From Candidatus Eremiobacteria bacterium (GTDB taxonomy: Bacteria; Vulcanimicrobiota; Vulcanimicrobiia; Vulcanimicrobiales; Vulcanimicrobiaceae), in contig CAVWUU010000004.1 in NCBI GenBank assembly GCA_963758295.1, forward strand, positions 576,001-640,000: a stretch of DNA of 64,000 nucleotides, written 5' to 3'. Below the pieces are notes generated by a model. It was not told the origin of the DNA and ran no database searches. It saw only the letters and a program-made list of their open reading frames with translations. The translations under genes were made by a program, and so were the position numbers. Shown here in pieces: positions 9,465 to 19,256 of this stretch (position 1 is its first letter; each line of letters opens with the position of its first letter).

Positions 9465-10320
9465 TGTTCGCAAGCTCACGATGACGGATTTCGTCATGGC
9501 GGCCTTGTCGGACCATAAGCGCAACCGGGGATTTCGTCATGGTGAGCTTGTCGAACCATAAGCGCATCCGCGGATTTCGTCATGGTGAGCTTGTCGAACC
9601 ATCAGCGCATCCCCGGATTTCGTCATGGTGAGCTTGTCGAACCATAAGCGCATCGAAGCTTTGCTGATATCCGCCTGTCCTTCGACAAGCTCAGGATGAC
9701 CGTCATGGTGAGCTTGCCGAACCATAAGCGCATCCGAAGCTTTGCTGATATTCGCCTGTCCTTCGACAAGCTCAGGATGACCGTCATGGTGAGCTTGTCG
9801 AACCATAAGCGCATCCCCGGATTTCGTCATGGTGAGCTTGTCGAACCATAAGCGCATCCGAAGCTTTGCTGATATCCGCCTGTCCTTCGACAAGCTCAGG
9901 ATGACCGTCATGGTGAGCTTGTCGAACCATAAGCGCATCCGACGCTTTGCTGATATCCGCCTGTCCTTCGACAAGCTCAGGATGACGGTCATGGTGAGCT
10001 TGTCGAACCATAAGCGCATCCGAAGCTTTGCTGATATCCGCCATCCTTCGACAAGCTCAGGATGACGGTCATGGTGAGCCTTGTCGAACCATAAGCGCAT
10101 CCGATGCTTTGCTGATATTCGCCTGTCCTTCGACAAGCTCAGGATGACGGTCATGGCGAGCTTGTCGAACCATAAGCGCATCCGAAGCTTTGCTGATATT
10201 CGCCTGTCCTTCGACAAGCTCAGGATGACCGTCATGGTGAGCTTGTCGAACCATAAGCGCATGCGAAGCGTTGCTGATATCCGCCTGTCCTTCGACAAGC
10301 TCAGGATGACGGTCATGGGG
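9465..10320. repeat. REP/REPIN-like tandem array 1 (81-bp inverted doublets plus 43-bp single-arm units)
   Basis: GTCATGGTGAGCTTGTCGAACCA-spacer-TCCTTCGACAAGCTCAGGATGAC repeated; lies between convergent genes. Confidence 0.92.
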
Positions 10321-10348
10321 TCATGCCGTCGTCTTTACCGCGAGCGCC

Positions 10349-11758
10349 TTAGTAGCCGCCCGCGGGCGTCAGCGGGGAGCCCAGCAGCCGGTGTGTCTGC
10401 ATCGCTTCTTTGAACGCCGCGTAGTCTTCTTCAACCTGCTCCGCGTAGGCGTGCGCGAAGTACGCGATCGACTCCGCAAAGGCATCGCTTTTTCCGAGGT
10501 AGCCGGCGATCGACGCGGGTTCTCCCGAGCGGCTGTGTGCGATCGCGAGCGCTTTGGCGCATAGCGAGGCATACTGCTGCAGTTCGGCAAGCGACATCTG
10601 CTCGCTATCGATAGACGCCTTCATGTCTTTGAGCTGCCGCACGTAATATTCGTGCCCGTCGTCGGTGAAGGACCAGCCGAGGAACATATCGCTCGCGGCT
10701 TGCAACAGCTGCTGTCCCACTACGATACGCTGGCCGTGAGCGTCGTAACGGCTCTTCGGTAAATACGCCTCGAGAATCGATTCGCGAGCTTCTTTGATTT
10801 GCAAAACCAACGGATCGTCGCCGGCGGCGAGTAACAGCGCCACGGCACAGCGAGTGCCGACGCTGCCGATCCCGACCACCTTCACGGCGACGTCCACTAA
10901 CGCATAACGGCGCAACAGGAGTTCCACGTCGTCGCGCAACGACACCCGATATCGATCGAAGAGCTGGCGGGCGCCGGCGATGACTTCGTCTTCGCTCGTC
11001 GAGTGATACAGCTCCGGCGGCGCTTCCCGAATGCGACGCTCGGCGCCGTCGCCAACCGTAAATTTCTTGGCAACGCGCACGTGCTGGCCAAGCGGCGCCG
11101 GCTGCTCCGGATCGAACGTCGTGTTCAATAGCGCCGTTAGATCGATGTCGCCCACAAATTCGCGCGCGTCAATGCGCGAGTACCAAACGGAAATGGCCGT
11201 CATCTCGGCGCACTCGGCAACCTGTTTCCGGTACGTCTCAATGATAGCGCGCACGATGTCTTTGCACTCTTCGTCACCGGCTGCGCGCATGCGAGCCGCA
11301 ATGAACACGCTTGTGGCCAGCCGCTTCACATCCCATTCCCACGGGCCCGGCAGCGTCTCGTCGAAATCGTTGATGTCGAAGATAATGTTGCGTTCGGGGG
11401 TTGCGAAGATGCCGAAGTTCTCGATGTGACAATCGCCGCAGCACTGCACGCGCAGCCCGCTCGCCGGCGTGCGCGAGAGGTCGAACGCCATCGCGCTAGG
11501 CAGGCCGCGGAAGAACGCGAACGGCGAGGCCAGCATGCGTTCGTGGCGTAACCGCACGAGGTCAGGAACGCGCCCGCGGTTCGAGGCCTCGAGGATGGAG
11601 ACGACGTCTGGACGATCGGCCGCCGGCCGCCATTGCGCATGGGCGCTGCGCGGAACCGCTTTGCGGCAATACTTGCCGAGCGCGCGCAGTTCCGCGCGGC
11701 TGCGTACCATGGCGGAGTCGAGTTCGGCGGGCGGCATTGCCTCGTGCATCAAAGGCAT
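10349..11758 (-). CDS. DUF2252 domain protein (kinase-like fold)
   Basis: RMLASPFAFFRG, CGDCHIENFG, FDINDFDET, KVVGIGSVGTRC, YYVRQL; start may be 11749. Confidence 0.9.
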   Translation of the reverse strand: MPLMHEAMPPAELDSAMVRSRAELRALGKYCRKAVPRSAHAQWRPAADRPDVVSILEASNRGRVPDLVRLRHERMLASPFAFFRGLPSAMAFDLSRTPASGLRVQCCGDCHIENFGIFATPERNIIFDINDFDETLPGPWEWDVKRLATSVFIAARMRAAGDEECKDIVRAIIETYRKQVAECAEMTAISVWYSRIDAREFVGDIDLTALLNTTFDPEQPAPLGQHVRVAKKFTVGDGAERRIREAPPELYHSTSEDEVIAGARQLFDRYRVSLRDDVELLLRRYALVDVAVKVVGIGSVGTRCAVALLLAAGDDPLVLQIKEARESILEAYLPKSRYDAHGQRIVVGQQLLQAASDMFLGWSFTDDGHEYYVRQLKDMKASIDSEQMSLAELQQYASLCAKALAIAHSRSGEPASIAGYLGKSDAFAESIAYFAHAYAEQVEEDYAAFKEAMQTHRLLGSPLTPAGGY

Positions 11759-11793
11759 CGTACCCGCCTCTCGCCTGTTTGGGTGCGAAATCG

Positions 11794-12204
11794 CTATCTG
11801 TTGAGGCCTTTCGTCATTAGGCCGAGTTCCCGAGCAGCATCGTGCAGCGCGCGATCCCGCGTTGCTAACGGCAATCCACGTCGAAGCGCGAGTTCGAGAT
11901 AAACAGCGTCATACATCGACAAGGAAAAACGACGCGCGAGCGAAGCTTCGGCGCCGAATGCCTGCCCCGGTTCCAGTTTCACCGGCAGCCCTGCGATATC
12001 GCGAATGAACGCCGAAGCTCGCTCGGCTCCAAGCCGGCCACGCCGCTCCGCAACGAGGAGCGCATTTTCAATCTCCCAAGCCCAAAGCACCGGAGCAATG
12101 GCACCACTCTGCTTCAAGTCGCGCGCAACTTCGATAGCTGCGGCATCGCGTTCGTCCGGAAAAACGAATGCTAATGTGGCCGAAGCGTCGAGGACGAAAC
12201 TCAA
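11794..12204 (-). CDS. vapC: VapC-family PIN-domain toxin
   Basis: FVLDASA, WEIEN, YDAVYLELA, LATRD. Confidence 0.9.
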   Translation of the reverse strand: MSFVLDASATLAFVFPDERDAAAIEVARDLKQSGAIAPVLWAWEIENALLVAERRGRLGAERASAFIRDIAGLPVKLEPGQAFGAEASLARRFSLSMYDAVYLELALRRGLPLATRDRALHDAARELGLMTKGLNR

Positions 12205-12419
12205 CGCCGGCCTTCTTCAATGGCTTCGCGGGTGGGGACGCCTAACGGAATCTCATTTTCGAGCAGGCGATCGATTGAGTTGCTCCCTGCATACTGCGCG
12301 GGAATGAGTTCGGCTACCGGCTCCCCGCGATGGGTGATCAAGATCCGTTCGCCCTTCGCGACGTCTTTAATGAGCGCCGAAAACTGCGTTTTAGCCTGGT
12401 AAACGCCAATGCTCTTCAT
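12201..12419 (-). CDS. Phd/YefM-family antitoxin
   Basis: IGVYQAKTQFSALI..V..GE.I.ITHRGEPVA; overlaps the toxin start. Confidence 0.9.
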   Translation of the reverse strand: MKSIGVYQAKTQFSALIKDVAKGERILITHRGEPVAELIPAQYAGSNSIDRLLENEIPLGVPTREAIEEGRR

Positions 12420-12423
12420 ATCT

Positions 12424-12451
12424 TCTAGTCTAGTCAGTAGACTAGACTAGA
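12424..12451. promoter_or_regulatory. Perfect 12-bp inverted repeat over the TA promoter (probable autoregulatory operator)
   Basis: TCTAGTCTAGTC-agta-GACTAGACTAGA; the minus strand reads TTGACT...TAGACT with the latter 7 nt before ATG. Confidence 0.75.
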
Positions 12452-12487
12452 GTCAAGGCCAGCGATGGCGTAAGAAATTTAAGCTGG

Positions 12488-12531
12488 CAACTAAATTGTT
12501 AGTTGACACCTTGCGGACGAGCCGCTAATCT
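12488..12531 (+). promoter_or_regulatory. Sigma70 promoter TTGACA-N17-TAATCT with overlapping palindrome
   Basis: TTGACA 12503-12508, TAATCT 12526-12531; CAACTAA-attg-TTAGTTG 12488-12505. Confidence 0.65.
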
Positions 12532-12572
12532 CTTAATTAATTAGTCTTAATTCTTTAGGAGATGGCGCCGTC

Positions 12573-14630
12573 ATGTTGTCGATGCTTGCCCCTGCAGTTC
12601 AGAGCCCGCCTGCGCTCGACCCCGCCGTAGGCCAGGGATGGCCGCAGACCTCGATTTCGCTGCAGTGGGACGTGGCCCACGCGCGGGCGGCCCAAGATCC
12701 GACGACCGTGAAGTTCGAGACCGACGGCAAGCTGCTCTACGTGCGCTTCGACGCCGTGCAGCACTCGCCGATCATCGCGACGCAGCACGGCGACGACCTG
12801 ATCACCGGGGGCGGCAACGCCAACGGCGGCATCTCGTGGAGCAACGACGATGCGGTCTGGGTCGACTTGTGGCCAACCGGGCCCGGCGGCTTCGAGTATC
12901 AGTTCGAAGCGAATCCGGCCGGAGCGCACAACGAAGCCTCGAGCGAGAACGCGGCATTCGCGCCGCAATGGGAATCGCACGGCTCCATACACGGCAACGC
13001 CTACACGGTGACCATGGCAATTCCCCTCAGTGTCATTCACGGCGCCCACCAGGGGCAGTGGCGCATGCAGTTCATTCGCTACGAACGCGCGAGCGGGGCG
13101 CTCGACGTGTGGTCGTACGAAACATCCCAAACTAGCGCCGATGACTCGGCGCGCGCGGGGACCGTGTCGTTTCCGCTGCTCGCAAAACCGCCGGTGCCAA
13201 AACCGCGCACCGCAATTTACGGACTTGGTTCGATCGCGACCGCCTCGGCCGGCGGTTCGACGTCGCGCATGGGCGCCGACTTCTCGATTCCCGTGACGCC
13301 TACCGCGGCATTCTTCGGCACGCTGCATCCCGACTATTCAAACGTCGAGCTCGATCAGCAATCGATCTCTCCGACGGTGTTTCAACGCACGTATAGCGAA
13401 GTGCGGCCCTTCTTTACCCAAGCGGCGTCGTATTACAACCAGTTCAATTGCAACGTGTGTAACGGCTTTCGCACTACGCTCTACACGCCGGGCATTCCAA
13501 CGCCGGCGCAGGGCTACGCGTTCGAAGGCAAGGAAGGCAACTTCGGTTTAGCGGCGTTCGACGCAATCGGTGATACGCGAACCGATGCGGCGAGCGCGCT
13601 GACGTGGACGTCGAACGACACCCATTGGCAGGCGGCCGCGCAGCACGTTAGCGCCGACGTGCCGGGCATCGTGGACGACTCGAATCAAGTCGGTCTGAAT
13701 TGGTGGAACGGCGGTCACTTGAGCGCCTATGCCAACTACGCAACCGATCGCGGCACGAACGTCCTCGATGCGCGCCAAGGCAACTGGTTCGATGCCGGCG
13801 GCGGCTGGGGTGATCAGCACTTTGCGCTCTACGGGTCGGTACGCAGTGTCGGCAGCTATTTCAATCCCGTCGACGGCTTTGATTCGCATCCCGGCATCGC
13901 GGGTTACGGCTTGTATACCGCGCGTATCTGGACCTTTGCGCCCAAAGACGCGTTCCAATCGGTCGGCATTGACTTCTTCATGGACCGCTATCAGGGCACG
14001 CAATACGGTGTCGCGCAGAGCGACAACAGCATGCTGCTCGACATGCTCTTCAAAAACACGTTCGACGTGCAGCTCTTCTCCGGTTCGGATTACTGGCGCT
14101 TCGATCAGGTGCTCACGCCCATTTCGCAAAACGGCGGCTTCAGCATCACGTATCACAGCGGGATGCAGAATAACGTGGGCAACTTCCCGTCGCACGGTGC
14201 ATCGGCAACGCCCACGCAGATTCAATACTACACCGGGCGGTACGGCGACGGACGGCTCGATACGTGGTTTCGTTCTTCGGTGCTCAAGGTCGGTGAGCGC
14301 GGATCGCTGACATTTACACTCGACAACACGTCGCAATGGATGCCGAAGACCGCGGACAACATTCAGTGGTTCGAAGGCGTCGCATACTCGTACCAGGTCT
14401 CACGGTACTCGTCGCTCGCGATCGGCGTGCGCCGCGTCGTCGGCTTCCCGCCGGTTCCCAACGGCGGCGGAAACTGCGAAGGCGTCTGCTCGAACATTTC
14501 GGTCGCATACCACATGCGATGGAAGAACGAAGAACTGTACGCCGCGTATGGTGACCCGAACACACTCGTTACCGTGCCGCAGGCAATCCTGAAGCTCATC
14601 TTCTACGCCGGAGGCGAGAAGGGAACGTAA
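12573..14630 (+). CDS. Probable outer-membrane protein, CBM9-like N-terminus plus DUF5916-like region
   Basis: LYVRFD, DDAVWVDL, YQFEANP, MAIPL, TLHPDYSNVELD, YSEVRPFF. Confidence 0.65.
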   Translation: MLSMLAPAVQSPPALDPAVGQGWPQTSISLQWDVAHARAAQDPTTVKFETDGKLLYVRFDAVQHSPIIATQHGDDLITGGGNANGGISWSNDDAVWVDLWPTGPGGFEYQFEANPAGAHNEASSENAAFAPQWESHGSIHGNAYTVTMAIPLSVIHGAHQGQWRMQFIRYERASGALDVWSYETSQTSADDSARAGTVSFPLLAKPPVPKPRTAIYGLGSIATASAGGSTSRMGADFSIPVTPTAAFFGTLHPDYSNVELDQQSISPTVFQRTYSEVRPFFTQAASYYNQFNCNVCNGFRTTLYTPGIPTPAQGYAFEGKEGNFGLAAFDAIGDTRTDAASALTWTSNDTHWQAAAQHVSADVPGIVDDSNQVGLNWWNGGHLSAYANYATDRGTNVLDARQGNWFDAGGGWGDQHFALYGSVRSVGSYFNPVDGFDSHPGIAGYGLYTARIWTFAPKDAFQSVGIDFFMDRYQGTQYGVAQSDNSMLLDMLFKNTFDVQLFSGSDYWRFDQVLTPISQNGGFSITYHSGMQNNVGNFPSHGASATPTQIQYYTGRYGDGRLDTWFRSSVLKVGERGSLTFTLDNTSQWMPKTADNIQWFEGVAYSYQVSRYSSLAIGVRRVVGFPPVPNGGGNCEGVCSNISVAYHMRWKNEELYAAYGDPNTLVTVPQAILKLIFYAGGEKGT

Positions 14631-14720
14631 GATGCCGGCGCTGGCCGCCATCCTTTTCCTATTGTCGTACGCTGCAAAAGCCGCGGGCGTGCCCGGCGTA
14701 GGGGTGGGCCGAATCAGAGG

Positions 14721-17120
14721 CTATTCGTGCAACGTCAGGATCAGGCGGATCGATGCTGGGAGAAGGTTTAGCCGGTCGGTCGGGACGTTTGCGAGATACG
14801 TGCCTTTATTCGATGCATAAAGGCCCTGATACGGTACGCCGGCGCCGTAAAGCGTGAACGGGCCGGAAACTTCGTTGAAGATGTTGGTTGCGGCGACAGT
14901 AACGTCGAGCCGGCCGAGGTCTTTCCCAACAGCAACATCGGTTAAGGTGTACGGCTGCTGATTCAACGGATTGTTCCTGCCTGCAAACGTGAAGGCCGTC
15001 GCTGCGTGCCAGCCTTGAAGCGCCCAGCTGAGTTGCATCGATCCTTGCTGCTGCGGTACGCCAAGAAACTGCTGATAATCGACAAGCGTTCCGCCCGACG
15101 TCGGATTCGATACGTTGGGCCCGAGCGCGTATGGATACGCCACATTTAAACCATACGAAAGAATCATGCTTAAATGCTGCTGCGGAAACCGTTGTTTAAA
15201 CTCGACTTCAGCGCCTTGATACACCGCGTTCCCGATGTTGATCGGGATTTCGTAGGCGAAGCCGTTTGGCGCATTACACGAATACCCGGGGTAGTAGTTT
15301 TCGATGGTGTCTCGCAAATTCGACCGGTAGAGCGAGACGTCGACGCTGGCCAAACTAGAGAGCAGCCGCGAGTAGCCCAGTTCGTATTCCGTTGCGTGCT
15401 CAGCTTTTTCGTTGGGATTTCCCTGGCCCGCGACAACGCAATTTGCATCGGCCGGAGGAAGACCGGGGTTCGGCAAGGTTTGGCCGTTTTGAACGACTTC
15501 GGGGAAATAGTAACGTTCGATAAGAAGCGGCGCGCGGAATCCAGTGCCTACCGACGCCCGCACGACGCTCGACGAATCGAGGTCGTAAGTCGTGCCCATG
15601 CGCCAATCCAGCGAATTACCGAACGTGGAGTAATCGGCCTGGTAAACCGCGCCGCTCAGTCGCAGCTTGCCGAATTGCCGGGAACCACGCGCGAAATACG
15701 AGTCGATGCTTTGTTGTTGCAGTTGCGCGATGCCTTGGCCGGCGAGGGACTCTTGGCGCAGATACGCGCCGAAAGAGAACTCGCTCCCTTCGAACGATCG
15801 CTGCCACGACAACGACTCGATATACCGCTTATCTTGATGGGACACGTCGTACGGCGTCACGCCGGTCGACCCGCCGGAGAAATCGACGTTATTGTCGGCG
15901 GCAAAGAGATCGAATGCCAGCGTACCCGCACCCAGCACGGAACGCGAGTACGCGTCGTAGGCCCGAATGCTTTGTGCGAATAGTCCATTGCCGGCGCCCA
16001 CGTGTTGGCCCACGACCGGATTAGGCTCGTTCGTGAAACCGCTCCGGCATTGCGCCGTGCTCGTTTCGTCGCATGGAATGAAGGGGTTCCCGGCAATCCC
16101 GTTTAGAGCGCTGCTTTCATCGCGATTGTCGCCGAGCGTAAAGAACCGTACGCCGGCGTCGGACCGCTGCGAAAAGTTGTAGACCAGATTTGCCGCGCCG
16201 AGCCTTGACGAGATGGTGGAACCCAGATGCGTGGCGACGGGACAATTCGTGCCGGTTGGACTGCAATCAACCGGCGTATTATTAGCGGGCGTAACCGGAA
16301 CCGTCGTGTCCACTTGACCTGACTGTTGATAGTCGTTTCCGGCAATGGCGTAGCCGAGTTTGCCAACTCTTCCGGTCGCATTCATCCAGCTTTGCGAGGT
16401 GCCATAGGATCCGAGAGACCCCGACAAACTTACGTGATTTCCATCGGTCGGCTGAAGGCTGACCAAATTGACGGCCCCGCCAAAGGTGTTGCTGAGCTCC
16501 GTATCCGCGGGCCCAAGGCCCTCGGTAACGTTGAGCCCGCTAAACGCGGGCACGGCAAACTGCGAAAGGTCGAGATCCCCGGTGTTGCCGTCGTTAAGCG
16601 GGTGGCCGTCGAGCGTCACCAGCGCTTCGGAGGGATCCGGCCCGCGCAGTGAAGCGACGGCCGGCGCCGTTGGGGCGCCCGCGTCCGGATGCTGAATGAC
16701 AACCGACGGAACTTGCGCTAGTGCTTGGACGACGTTTGCGTAGCCAAGGTCATCCATCTGCCTGCGCGAGACGTCAATTTCCGGAATGGCATTGCGCTGC
16801 AGCGTGATTCCGCCATTGACCGTCACCGTGCCGATCGTTCGGAGCTTCGGCGAATCCGCGGGCTCCAAAACCACCTCGATCTTGCTGTCGCCGTCGATAT
16901 TGCCTCCGTCCACCGTTACCGTCGCGAAGCCCTGCGCGGTAGCCGTGAGCGTGTACCGTCCCGGCGCAGCCTGCACGGAGAAGACACCTTTATCGTCTGA
17001 AGCCGTTTCAATGCGACGCGGGCCATCGAGGACGATGCGCGCGTGCGCAATCGCCGTTCCGGTTTCGGCGGAGACATGGCCGGTGATCAAACAGCAGATC
17101 GCAAGTAACATTCCGTGCAT
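14721..17120 (-). CDS. TonB-dependent receptor with N-terminal carboxypeptidase-regulatory-like domain
   Basis: PGRYTLTATAQGF, plug motif SLRG...LVTLDG, FGGAVNLVS, GTGFRAP, NPNEKAE. Confidence 0.9.
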   Translation of the reverse strand: MHGMLLAICCLITGHVSAETGTAIAHARIVLDGPRRIETASDDKGVFSVQAAPGRYTLTATAQGFATVTVDGGNIDGDSKIEVVLEPADSPKLRTIGTVTVNGGITLQRNAIPEIDVSRRQMDDLGYANVVQALAQVPSVVIQHPDAGAPTAPAVASLRGPDPSEALVTLDGHPLNDGNTGDLDLSQFAVPAFSGLNVTEGLGPADTELSNTFGGAVNLVSLQPTDGNHVSLSGSLGSYGTSQSWMNATGRVGKLGYAIAGNDYQQSGQVDTTVPVTPANNTPVDCSPTGTNCPVATHLGSTISSRLGAANLVYNFSQRSDAGVRFFTLGDNRDESSALNGIAGNPFIPCDETSTAQCRSGFTNEPNPVVGQHVGAGNGLFAQSIRAYDAYSRSVLGAGTLAFDLFAADNNVDFSGGSTGVTPYDVSHQDKRYIESLSWQRSFEGSEFSFGAYLRQESLAGQGIAQLQQQSIDSYFARGSRQFGKLRLSGAVYQADYSTFGNSLDWRMGTTYDLDSSSVVRASVGTGFRAPLLIERYYFPEVVQNGQTLPNPGLPPADANCVVAGQGNPNEKAEHATEYELGYSRLLSSLASVDVSLYRSNLRDTIENYYPGYSCNAPNGFAYEIPINIGNAVYQGAEVEFKQRFPQQHLSMILSYGLNVAYPYALGPNVSNPTSGGTLVDYQQFLGVPQQQGSMQLSWALQGWHAATAFTFAGRNNPLNQQPYTLTDVAVGKDLGRLDVTVAATNIFNEVSGPFTLYGAGVPYQGLYASNKGTYLANVPTDRLNLLPASIRLILTLHE

Positions 17121-17244
17121 TGAGATAACAAGAGCCGCGCAAGCTTAAAGACAGCTGAGAATGCTCCGATAGTAAGCTTGCTTTATTCTCCGTAGCTTTG
17201 TTCACGGCGGGAGCGCGTGATACGGTACGCGTGAGAGGTCACAC

Positions 17245-17769
17245 ATGCAAGCGAACTTCTTGGATAACAAGCCTTACGTCGAGTACATCGACGGAGAGGC
17301 GATCCGCAAGGTGAGCCCCAAACGGCGCCACGCTATCGTTCAATTAGCGCTTGCGCGGCTGCTCCAAGACGCTAGCGTTGGCCGGGGAACCGTTGGAACC
17401 GAGTGGCGTTTTCATCTTACGCGCGGGCGAAACGAGCGCACGACACTCGTTCCGGACGTTGCCTTTGTTTCATCGAAACGCTTAGCGGCGTTGCCGGAGC
17501 CCGACCGGGAAGAACCGCCGTTCGCGCCGGATATCGCCGCGGAAGTACGCTCGCCGAGCGACAGAATCGCCGTCGTCGAGCGAAAGATCGAACTATATCT
17601 CGCGTTCGGAGCGCTAGTAGTGCTGGACGTTTTGCCCAACCAGCGAATCGTCCGCGCGATAACGGCGGACGGCATTGCGGTAAGGCGCGAAGGCGAATTC
17701 ATCGCTGATGCGCGGCTGCCGTGGCTGCGGATCGGCGTTGCCGGAATATTCGCGGAACTCGACAGATAG
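17245..17769 (+). CDS. Uma2-family (PD-(D/E)XK) endonuclease-like protein
   Basis: EYIDGE, SP..RH, VPDVAFV, APDIAAEVRSPSD. Confidence 0.9.
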   Translation: MQANFLDNKPYVEYIDGEAIRKVSPKRRHAIVQLALARLLQDASVGRGTVGTEWRFHLTRGRNERTTLVPDVAFVSSKRLAALPEPDREEPPFAPDIAAEVRSPSDRIAVVERKIELYLAFGALVVLDVLPNQRIVRAITADGIAVRREGEFIADARLPWLRIGVAGIFAELDR

Positions 17770-17804
17770 GCGGGTTTCGAGCGTTTGCTGATACGGGCCG
17801 CCGA

Positions 17805-19256
17805 TCACGACGCCGTGTACGCGGTTTTGACGATCGTGTAGAATTCGCGGGCGTACCGGCCTTGCTCGCGGGGTCCGTAACTCGAGCCCTTGCGGCCGCC
17901 GAATGGAACGTGGTAATCGACGCCGGCAGTTGGGAGATTCACCATGACCATGCCGGCCTGCGAGTCCCGTTTGAATCGCGAAGCGTATCGCAGCGACGTC
18001 GTGCAAATACCGGCGGATAAGCCGAACGGGGTGTCGTTGGCGACGGCGACGGCTTCGTCGTAATCGTTGACTTCGATAACGGACGCGGCCGGGCCGAAGA
18101 TTTCCTCGCGATTGACGCGCATGTTCGCGTGCGTCTTGGTCCACAAGACCGGCGAGAGATAATAGCCGTCGGTCGAGCGGTTTAGCCGTTCGCCGCCGTA
18201 CGCGAGCTCTGCGCCTTCAGTGCGCGCCACCTCAAGGTACGAGAGGTCCTTTTCGAGTTGACGGCCGTCGACCACCGGGCCGATATGCGTGCCGGATTTC
18301 AGGGCGTCGTCGATTGAGAGCGTCTTGAGTTTTTCAATCGTAGCAGCGACGAAGCGGTCGTGGATGGCTTTCGTAACGATGAGGCGGCTGCTGGCAGTGC
18401 AGCGTTGCCCGGTTGAGTAATACGCACCTTGAATCGCGCAATTTACAGCAACATCGAGATCCGCATCGTCGAGAATAACGAGCGGGTTCTTCCCGCCCAT
18501 TTCCAACTGCAGCTTCTTCATCTGCTGCGCCGCCTTCACGGCGATGTTCCGGCCGATCTCGACGGAGCCGGTAAAGCTCACCGCATCGACATCGGCTGAT
18601 TCAACCAGTGCATCGCCGGCCGTTGCGCCCCGGCCCATCACCAGATTAAAAACCCCGTTGAACGTGCTGCCGTAGATGTCGGCAAACCCGCGGGCGATGA
18701 TGTCGCTCAGCGCCCACGCACATCCGGGAACGAGTTCCGCCGGTTTGAACACGACGCAGTTGCCGTATGCGAGCGCCGGCGCGATTTTCCACGCCGGAAT
18801 CGCGAGCGGAAAGTTCCACGGCGTGATCAACGCCACGACGCCGACCGGCTCGCGCGTGATCTCCACCTCAACGCCGGGCCGCACCGATGGTATGAGCTCG
18901 CCGCCCTGGCGAAGCACTTCACCAGCGAAAAATTTAAAAATCTGACCAGCGCGCGTCGCTTCGCCAATGCCTTCGGGCAGCGTCTTGCCTTCTTCACGCG
19001 AGAGCAGTGTACCGAGTTCTTCTCTGCGCGCGAGAATCTCGGTGCCGATACGGTCGAGCAAATCGAAACGCGGCTGAATACCGCTGCGGGACCAAGCCGC
19101 GAAAACGGCGCGAGCGGCCGCCACGGCGGTGCGCGCATCGTCGGCGCCGGCATGCGCGTACTCACCAACGATGTCGGCGGTGTTCGAAGGATTGACGTTC
19201 CTGTAAACGTCGCTTCCCTCGCGCCAATCTCCGGCGATGAAATTGCGATGAATCAT
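17805..19256 (-). CDS. Aldehyde dehydrogenase, probably alpha-ketoglutaric semialdehyde dehydrogenase
   Basis: ITPWNFP, FTGS, LEMGGKN, GQRCTA, EEIFGP; hydroxyproline gene context. Confidence 0.88.
   Translation of the reverse strand: MIHRNFIAGDWREGSDVYRNVNPSNTADIVGEYAHAGADDARTAVAAARAVFAAWSRSGIQPRFDLLDRIGTEILARREELGTLLSREEGKTLPEGIGEATRAGQIFKFFAGEVLRQGGELIPSVRPGVEVEITREPVGVVALITPWNFPLAIPAWKIAPALAYGNCVVFKPAELVPGCAWALSDIIARGFADIYGSTFNGVFNLVMGRGATAGDALVESADVDAVSFTGSVEIGRNIAVKAAQQMKKLQLEMGGKNPLVILDDADLDVAVNCAIQGAYYSTGQRCTASSRLIVTKAIHDRFVAATIEKLKTLSIDDALKSGTHIGPVVDGRQLEKDLSYLEVARTEGAELAYGGERLNRSTDGYYLSPVLWTKTHANMRVNREEIFGPAASVIEVNDYDEAVAVANDTPFGLSAGICTTSLRYASRFKRDSQAGMVMVNLPTAGVDYHVPFGGRKGSSYGPREQGRYAREFYTIVKTAYTAS

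Noticed and set aside
9537..10413. Repetitive ORFs (MTVILSLSKD..., RHPELVEG...) here and in the other arrays
   Set aside because: Products of 81-bp and 27-bp periodicity, open on both strands, with no RBS or protein-like features
11794..17769. TA pair plus Uma2 as a defence island or prophage remnant
   Set aside because: No integrase, att-like repeats, phage genes or recognised defence genes nearby
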